Source of the DNA: Bdellovibrionales bacterium
GTDB taxonomy: Bacteria; Myxococcota; XYA12-FULL-58-9; SYDY01
Length of the DNA: 64,000 bases
Assembly (NCBI GenBank): GCA_005801425.1
Contig: SYDY01000027.1
Coordinates: 8,444 to 72,443 of the forward strand
Reading direction: 5' to 3'
Under the pieces are notes generated by a model, which made no database searches, was not told where the DNA came from, and saw only the letters and a program-made list of their open reading frames with translations. Positions 58,018-64,000 of this stretch are shown one piece after another; position 1 is the stretch's first letter, and each line of letters begins with the position of its first letter. Position numbers and translations under genes: made by a program.

Positions 58018-59732
58018 CAGCCAACGCACTTCTTCAGATGGTCGCATATTTTGTATTTCTTGTCGCGCTTGCGGTGCCCCTTGGGGGATACATGGCCCGT
58101 GTTTATACCCATGAAGCAGGTGTTGCACAACGCGGGTTGGGTGCTGTGGAGCGATGTTTGTATCGCTTGTGTGGCATCCGTGCCGATGAAGAAATGACAT
58201 GGAAGCGCTATGCTTTTTCGGTTTTGCTCTTTAATGCCGTGGGCATTCTCGCAGTGTACGGACTCCAACGGCTCCAACATTTTTTGCCGCTCAATCCAGT
58301 GGGGCTTGGTGCTGTATCCCCTGAAGTCTCTTTTAATACAGCGGTAAGCTTTGCCTCCAACACCAATTGGCAAGCCTACGCAGGAGAAACAACGCTCAGT
58401 TATTTGACGCAGATGATTGGGCTTACCGTCCAGAACTTTGTTTCGGCGGCAACCGGCATGGCGGTGCTTGTCGCGTTGATCCGGGGATGGACGAGGCGCA
58501 CAACCGAAGGTCTCGGAAGTTTTTGGGTCGATTTAACCCGAAGCACGCTTTACATCCTGCTACCGCTGTCGCTCGTTTTAGCGATTGCTCTTGTATCCCA
58601 GGGTGTTGTGCAAACATTGGATCCGCAGGCGACGGTATCGCTTCTGGATCCATGGGCCACCGATGCGGGCGAGATAATCACCGAACAAACCATTGCGCGC
58701 GGTCCTGCGGCATCGCAAGTTGCGATCAAACAATTGGGCACCAATGGTGGTGGCTTTTATAATGTTAATTCAGCCCATCCACTTGAAAATCCAACGCCAC
58801 TCTCAAATTTTCTTCAACTGCTGTCGATTCTTCTGATCCCTGCGGCGTTGTGCTTCACGTTTGGAACGCTTGTTAAAGATAAGCGCCAAGGCTGGGCCAT
58901 TTTTGCGGCGATGATGCTTATTTTTGTGCCGATGACTGTTCTAACGGTTGTTGCGGAGCAATCAGGAACACCGCTTCTTTCATCCCTGGGACTCCATGAG
59001 AACATGGAAGGGAAAGAAGTACGATTTGGCATTGTGAACAGCGCCTTGTGGGCAACAGCAACCACCGCAGCATCCAATGGTTCGGTCAATGCCATGCACG
59101 ACAGTTTTACACCGCTTGGCGGGATGATCCCCATGGTGCTGATGCAGTTGGGTGAAATTGTTTTTGGTGGCGTAGGTTCAGGACTCTACGGCATGTTGAT
59201 CTACGCGATCATGGCGGTGTTTATCGCGGGCCTGATGGTGGGTCGAACGCCCGAATATCTGGGTAAAAAAATTGAAGCATTTGAAATGAAAATGGCATCG
59301 CTTGTCATTTTGCTTCCAGCTTCTGCAGTATTGCTTGGGACGGCCATTGCATGTGTGTTGCCTGCGGGAACAGCACCCCTCGGGAATCCTGGTATCCATG
59401 GCTTTAGTGAAATTTTGTATGCATTTTCTTCGGGAGCCAACAACAATGGATCAGCATTTGGTGGTCTTACTGTCAATGGAACTTTCTACAGCATTGGCAT
59501 AGGACTTTGCATGCTCGTTGGACGGTACTGGGTGATTATTCCGGTGCTTGCTATCGCGGGATCATTGGCAAAGAAAAAGACAATTCCTATATCCGTGGGC
59601 ACACTGCCTACGCACACACCTTTGTTTGTCCTTTTGTTGGTCGCAACGATTATTCTTGTGGGTGCATTAACGTTTATACCGGCCCTGGCGTTAGGCCCGG
59701 TGGTTGAGCATCTAACACTCTCAAATCGATGA
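58014..59732 (+). CDS. kdpA: Potassium-transporting ATPase subunit A
   Basis: ORF 57831..59732. The KdpA-like N-terminus begins at the Met at 58014 ([30 protein letters not shown]). Confidence 0.9.
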   Translation: MTANALLQMVAYFVFLVALAVPLGGYMARVYTHEAGVAQRGLGAVERCLYRLCGIRADEEMTWKRYAFSVLLFNAVGILAVYGLQRLQHFLPLNPVGLGAVSPEVSFNTAVSFASNTNWQAYAGETTLSYLTQMIGLTVQNFVSAATGMAVLVALIRGWTRRTTEGLGSFWVDLTRSTLYILLPLSLVLAIALVSQGVVQTLDPQATVSLLDPWATDAGEIITEQTIARGPAASQVAIKQLGTNGGGFYNVNSAHPLENPTPLSNFLQLLSILLIPAALCFTFGTLVKDKRQGWAIFAAMMLIFVPMTVLTVVAEQSGTPLLSSLGLHENMEGKEVRFGIVNSALWATATTAASNGSVNAMHDSFTPLGGMIPMVLMQLGEIVFGGVGSGLYGMLIYAIMAVFIAGLMVGRTPEYLGKKIEAFEMKMASLVILLPASAVLLGTAIACVLPAGTAPLGNPGIHGFSEILYAFSSGANNNGSAFGGLTVNGTFYSIGIGLCMLVGRYWVIIPVLAIAGSLAKKKTIPISVGTLPTHTPLFVLLLVATIILVGALTFIPALALGPVVEHLTLSNR

Positions 59733-59743
59733 AAGGTGCTCCA

Positions 59744-61864
59744 ATGGGTACTTCGACAAAAAATAGACAGCCTGTAGAACTTCTTACAACAAAAGCTGTT
59801 GTGCGTGCAGTGACTGATGCTTTCAAAAAACTTAACCCAAGGCACATGGCCAAAAATCCGGTCATGTTTGTGGTGGAGGTGGGTAGCGCATTCACAAGCT
59901 TTTTATATATTCACGCGATAATTACAGGCAGGGCCGATGCACCTCCGGGCTTTATTCTCGCGGTCTCTTTGTGTCTGTGGTTCACGGTGTTGTTCGCCAA
60001 TTTTGCAGAAGCCGTGGCGGAAGGTCGTGGTCGCGCGCAAACGGAGACGCTGCGTAAAGCACGAAAAGATATCATCGCAAAACGATTGAAAAGTCCCTGT
60101 CCGGATATCAAACGCGTTGCAGAACATTACGCTGCCTATACAGAGATATTCGAAAAAGTTGCATCATCCATCCTTCATGCAGGTGATCGTGTTCTTGTAT
60201 TGGCCGGCGATATTATTCCTGCCGATGGTGAAATAGAGGAAGGTGTCGCATCCGTGGATGAGAGTGCGATCACAGGTGAAAGTGCACCGGTGATCCGTGA
60301 AAGCGGTGGGGATCGAAGTGCGGTGACCGGTGGAACCCGTGTGCTCTCCGATTGGCTTCTCGTGCGTATTGCAACCAATCCAGGTGAGACGTTTCTTGAT
60401 CGCATGATTGCTATGGTAGAAGGCGCGAAACGTCAAAAAACGCCCAATGAGATTGCACTCGATATTCTTCTTGCAGGACTTACCATTGTCTTTTTGCTCG
60501 CAACAGCGACGGTGCTTCCATATACGCTATACGCTGTTGCAAGTTCTGGTCATGGTGTGCCGGTTCCATTGACCGTGCTCGTGGCGCTTCTTGTGTGTCT
60601 TATTCCAACGACCATTGGTGGTCTTCTCTCTGCAATTGGTATCGCGGGCATTAATCGGATGATGCAGGCCAATGTACTCGCAACATCGGGTCGTGCAGTA
60701 GAGGCTGCGGGTGATGTGGATGTCCTTCTTCTCGATAAAACAGGCACCATCACCCTAGGTAACAGACAAGCGACCGCATTTTTCCCGGCACCCGGTGTGT
60801 CGGAAGCAGAGCTGGCCGATGCTGCACAGCTGTCGTCGTTGGCCGATGAAACACCCGAAGGTCGCAGTATTGTTTTGTTGGCGAAGTCAAAACACGATCT
60901 TGCTGATCGTGATATTCAATCATTGGGTGCAGTATTTGTTCCTTTCACTGCACAAACGCGGATGAGCGGCGTCGACTTCGAAGGTCGATGTATCCGAAAA
61001 GGTGCGACCGATGCCATCGCAAAATTTGTGGAAGCGAAAGGTGGAACACTGTCATTGACCGTGCGATCGGTGGTGGAGGATATCGCGAAAAAAGGTGCGA
61101 CGCCGCTCGTCGTTGCGGATGGTGCACGGGTCATCGGTGTCGTGCAGCTCAAGGATATTGTCAAAACGGGGATCCGAGAGCGCTTTGCAGAGATGCGCCG
61201 AATTGGGATCCGCACCGTGATGATCACGGGCGAGAATCCACTGACGGCTGCAGCGATTGCTGCAGAAGCGGGTGTGGATGATTTTCTTGCCGAAGCGACA
61301 CCCGAAGCAAAGCTTGTGATGATCCGAGACTATCAACAAAAAGGACATCTTGTCGCCATGACCGGCGATGGCACCAACGATGCACCCGCACTTGCACAAG
61401 CCGATGTAGCGGTTGCGATGAATACGGGTACACAAGCGGCAAAAGAAGCGGCCAATATGGTCGATCTGGATTCCAATCCGACGAAGCTTCTTTCCATTGT
61501 TGAAATAGGCAAACAAATGTTGATGACGCGCGGTGCGTTGACAACATTTAGCATTGCCAATGATATCGCAAAATATTTTGCGATTATTCCTGCGGCTTTT
61601 GTCGTGACGTATCCTGAACTTGCCGATTTGAATGTGATGCAATTGCATTCTCCTACAACGGCGGTATTGTCGGCTGTTATTTTTAATGCATTGATCATCA
61701 TGGCGTTGATCCCACTGGCGCTGCGTGGGATCCCATACCGTGCGGCGCCGGCCTCAGCACTTTTACAACACAATATTCTTGTTTATGGGCTTGGAGGCCT
61801 TGTGCTTCCATTTCCATGTATCAAATTGATCGATCTCGTGCTTACAGCCATAGGAGTTAATTAG
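59744..61864 (+). CDS. kdpB: Potassium-transporting ATPase subunit B (P-type ATPase)
   Basis: DKTGT phosphorylation motif (LLDKTGTIT) and [10 protein letters not shown]. An alternative start is 59729. Confidence 0.9.
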   Translation: MGTSTKNRQPVELLTTKAVVRAVTDAFKKLNPRHMAKNPVMFVVEVGSAFTSFLYIHAIITGRADAPPGFILAVSLCLWFTVLFANFAEAVAEGRGRAQTETLRKARKDIIAKRLKSPCPDIKRVAEHYAAYTEIFEKVASSILHAGDRVLVLAGDIIPADGEIEEGVASVDESAITGESAPVIRESGGDRSAVTGGTRVLSDWLLVRIATNPGETFLDRMIAMVEGAKRQKTPNEIALDILLAGLTIVFLLATATVLPYTLYAVASSGHGVPVPLTVLVALLVCLIPTTIGGLLSAIGIAGINRMMQANVLATSGRAVEAAGDVDVLLLDKTGTITLGNRQATAFFPAPGVSEAELADAAQLSSLADETPEGRSIVLLAKSKHDLADRDIQSLGAVFVPFTAQTRMSGVDFEGRCIRKGATDAIAKFVEAKGGTLSLTVRSVVEDIAKKGATPLVVADGARVIGVVQLKDIVKTGIRERFAEMRRIGIRTVMITGENPLTAAAIAAEAGVDDFLAEATPEAKLVMIRDYQQKGHLVAMTGDGTNDAPALAQADVAVAMNTGTQAAKEAANMVDLDSNPTKLLSIVEIGKQMLMTRGALTTFSIANDIAKYFAIIPAAFVVTYPELADLNVMQLHSPTTAVLSAVIFNALIIMALIPLALRGIPYRAAPASALLQHNILVYGLGGLVLPFPCIKLIDLVLTAIGVN

Positions 61865-61865
61865 C

Positions 61866-62441
61866 ATGCGCACACTTATTAGGCCTGCGTTATCTCTTTT
61901 TGTGTTGCTTACGGTGATGACAGGTTTCATCTACCCTCTTGTCGTGACAGGCATTGCCCAGGCGGTATTTTCCCATGAGGCAAACGGTAGTTTGATAGGT
62001 GATGGGACTGTTGGATCTGAACTGATTGGGCAACCTTTTGATGATCCCAAGTATTTTTGGGGCCGTCCTTCTGCGACGAGTCCTGTGCCATACAATGCAG
62101 GTGCTTCTTCGGGTTCTAATCTTGGGCCGTCAAATCCAGCTTTGGCGGAAGCGTTGCGTGCGCGTGTGGAGGCGATCCGTTCGGTGCACGGCGAGTCATT
62201 GCACAATATTCCTGTTGATCTTGTGACTGCATCAGGAAGCGGCCTTGATCCCCATGTGTCTCCAGTAGGTGCATTGTACCAGATTGATCGCATTGCCAAT
62301 AACCGACATCTACCGAGAACGCGTGTACGCGAACTTGTGGAAAGTCATATCGAAGGGCGCACTTTTGGATTTTTAGGTGAGCCTCGTGTCAACATTCTTC
62401 GATTGAATTTTGCACTGGATGGCTTGGAACCAAACGAATGA
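61866..62441 (+). CDS. kdpC: Potassium-transporting ATPase subunit C
   Basis: 191 aa with an N-terminal TM, in the conserved kdpABC position. Confidence 0.85.
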   Translation: MRTLIRPALSLFVLLTVMTGFIYPLVVTGIAQAVFSHEANGSLIGDGTVGSELIGQPFDDPKYFWGRPSATSPVPYNAGASSGSNLGPSNPALAEALRARVEAIRSVHGESLHNIPVDLVTASGSGLDPHVSPVGALYQIDRIANNRHLPRTRVRELVESHIEGRTFGFLGEPRVNILRLNFALDGLEPNE

Positions 62442-64000
62442 CTGAATTGAGCAGACCCGATCCTGATGCTTTGCTTCGACGTATGAAAGAAGAAGAGGCA
62501 CGCGCAAAACGGGGCAAACTCCGAATTTTTTTCGGTTTTGCACCCGGGGTTGGAAAAACGTATCGCATGTTGCAGGTGGCCCGTGATTGGGTTGTCGATC
62601 ATAAAGGCGATCTTGTGGTGGGTATTGTGGAAACCCATCAACGTTCTGAAACCGCTGCATTGATGCAGGGACTCGAACTTCTTCCACGGCGTAAAATCGA
62701 GTATCGTGGCCGGATCCTTGAAGAGTTCGATCTTGATGCGGCGATTGTGCGCAAACCCAAAATCGTTCTCGTTGACGAATTGGCTCACAGCAATGCGCCA
62801 GGTTCTCGTCATGCCAAAAGATGGCAGGATGTGATCGAATTGCTTGATGAGGGCATCGACGTTCTCACCACGATGAATGTTCAGCACGTCGAAAGTCTCA
62901 ACGACGTGATTTCTCAGATCACCCGTATCCAAGTGCGTGAAACAGTCCCTGATTCGGTTCTTGACGATGCCGACTCGATTGAGCTTGTGGATATTGCGCC
63001 TGAGGAACTTCTTCAGCGTTTGAAAGAAGGCAAAGTTTACCTTCCTGAGCAGGCTCTAAGAGCCGCCGAGCATTTTTTTCAGCGTGGTAATTTACTCGCA
63101 TTGCGTGAGCTCGCCCTGCGGCGAACAGCGCAACATGTTGACGAGGATGTACAGAAATACCGTGAACAGCACGGTGTGGATGTGACGTGGGCTGCGGGCG
63201 AACGCATTTTGGTGTGCGTGGGCCCTGCGCCCAGTTCAGGACGCTTGATCCGCGCTGCAGCGCGCATGGCAGCGGGTTTGCGATGTCCTTGGGTTGCGGC
63301 TTACGCCGATTCGACGGCTCTCGCGAATATGACTGAAGAAGATCGTGCATGTCTTGAGGTTCACCTTCGCGTTGCGGAGTCATTGGGTGGTACGGTCACA
63401 CGGCTTTCAGGGGCTCGTATCTCAGAGGCACTTCTGACGTATGCCCGGAGGCACAATGTCACACGCATTGTGATAGGAAAACCGACCCATTCACGTTTTC
63501 GCGATCGCGTGAAGGGCTCTCTCCTGGATGAGGTGGTTCGAGGCAGTGGCGATATTGATGTGCATGTCATCAATGGCGACATGATTGCAGATACAGCACC
63601 ACGCCATCGGAAAGAAACGAAAGATCGGCCTGTTGCATGGCACTATCTTGTATCGGTTTTGTTGGTGGGAGCGACCCTTGGCGTGGCACTGATCCTCCGT
63701 CGCTTTCTCAGCTTGCCCGATCCTGAAATGTTATTTTTACTTGCGGTGATGCTCGCGGCGGTCCTTTTGGGTCGCGGGCCTTCTCTTTTGTCTGCAGGGC
63801 TTGGTGTTGCTTGCTACGATTTCTTTTTCGTTCTTCCATTTCATACGTTTGCTGTCTCCGATCGAAGATATATTCTTACCTTTGCGATGATGTTTGGTGT
63901 TGGTTTTGTATTAAGTGAGCTTGCTGGTCGTCTCAAACGGCAAGAAAAAGATGCATTGTCTCGCGAAGAGCGAACAGCTGTTTTGTATGCATTGAGTCGC
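62438..64000 (+). CDS. kdpD: Sensor histidine kinase KdpD (N-terminal part; 3' end outside the window)
   Basis: KdpD N-terminal domain with a Walker A motif (FFGFAPGVGKTY), a USP-like domain and the beginning of the membrane region. The ATG overlaps the kdpC stop. Confidence 0.85.
   Translation, partial: MTELSRPDPDALLRRMKEEEARAKRGKLRIFFGFAPGVGKTYRMLQVARDWVVDHKGDLVVGIVETHQRSETAALMQGLELLPRRKIEYRGRILEEFDLDAAIVRKPKIVLVDELAHSNAPGSRHAKRWQDVIELLDEGIDVLTTMNVQHVESLNDVISQITRIQVRETVPDSVLDDADSIELVDIAPEELLQRLKEGKVYLPEQALRAAEHFFQRGNLLALRELALRRTAQHVDEDVQKYREQHGVDVTWAAGERILVCVGPAPSSGRLIRAAARMAAGLRCPWVAAYADSTALANMTEEDRACLEVHLRVAESLGGTVTRLSGARISEALLTYARRHNVTRIVIGKPTHSRFRDRVKGSLLDEVVRGSGDIDVHVINGDMIADTAPRHRKETKDRPVAWHYLVSVLLVGATLGVALILRRFLSLPDPEMLFLLAVMLAAVLLGRGPSLLSAGLGVACYDFFFVLPFHTFAVSDRRYILTFAMMFGVGFVLSELAGRLKRQEKDALSREERTAVLYALSR

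Overview
This looks like a ~55% GC proteobacterial-type chromosomal segment. It is mostly housekeeping genes: ahcY, valS, murB, pgk, tpiA, secG with tRNA-Leu, polA, holA, mreBCD-mrdA-rodA, trxA, pyrE, hemL, trmB, epmA and kdpFABC plus partial kdpD. Several accessory or unusual regions are interspersed. (1) A tightly overlapping eight-gene minus-strand operon encodes a toluene-4-monooxygenase-like soluble diiron monooxygenase (alpha, gamma, Rieske ferredoxin, effector, beta) with no reductase, followed directly by a cytoplasmic PAS histidine kinase, a CheY-like receiver and a receiver-GGDEF diguanylate cyclase. (2) A low-GC island holds four tandem, diverged paralogs (~290 aa) of an uncharacterised protein with a GNAT-like R-x-x-G-x-G motif. 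(3) A minimal exosortase system: a 60-aa protein consisting only of a signal peptide and an MPEIS...TM...RYRQ C-terminal sorting signal, immediately upstream of an exosortase-CPBP(CAAX protease) fusion gene. (4) A 480-bp intergenic inverted repeat with two perfect arms (51 and 54 bp) and a symmetric 30-nt bubble. (5) A family of palindromic REP/MITE-like elements (GTAGGGGCGGTTCGCGAACCGCCC units, often paired into 65-92 nt hairpins) at eight or more sites. One is inserted in-frame inside the exosortase gene, and three are embedded in the 5' ends of lipoprotein genes, where they encode the positively charged n-region of the signal peptide. Other notable items are a duplicated (four CXXCH) DUF1111 di-heme protein, tandem paralogous lipoproteins, three tandem bactofilins, a large Cys/Gly-rich lipoprotein with a partial duplicated C-terminal module, a truncated nucleotidyltransferase remnant, and a low-GC orphan 938-aa protein. 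No CRISPR array or rRNA was seen.
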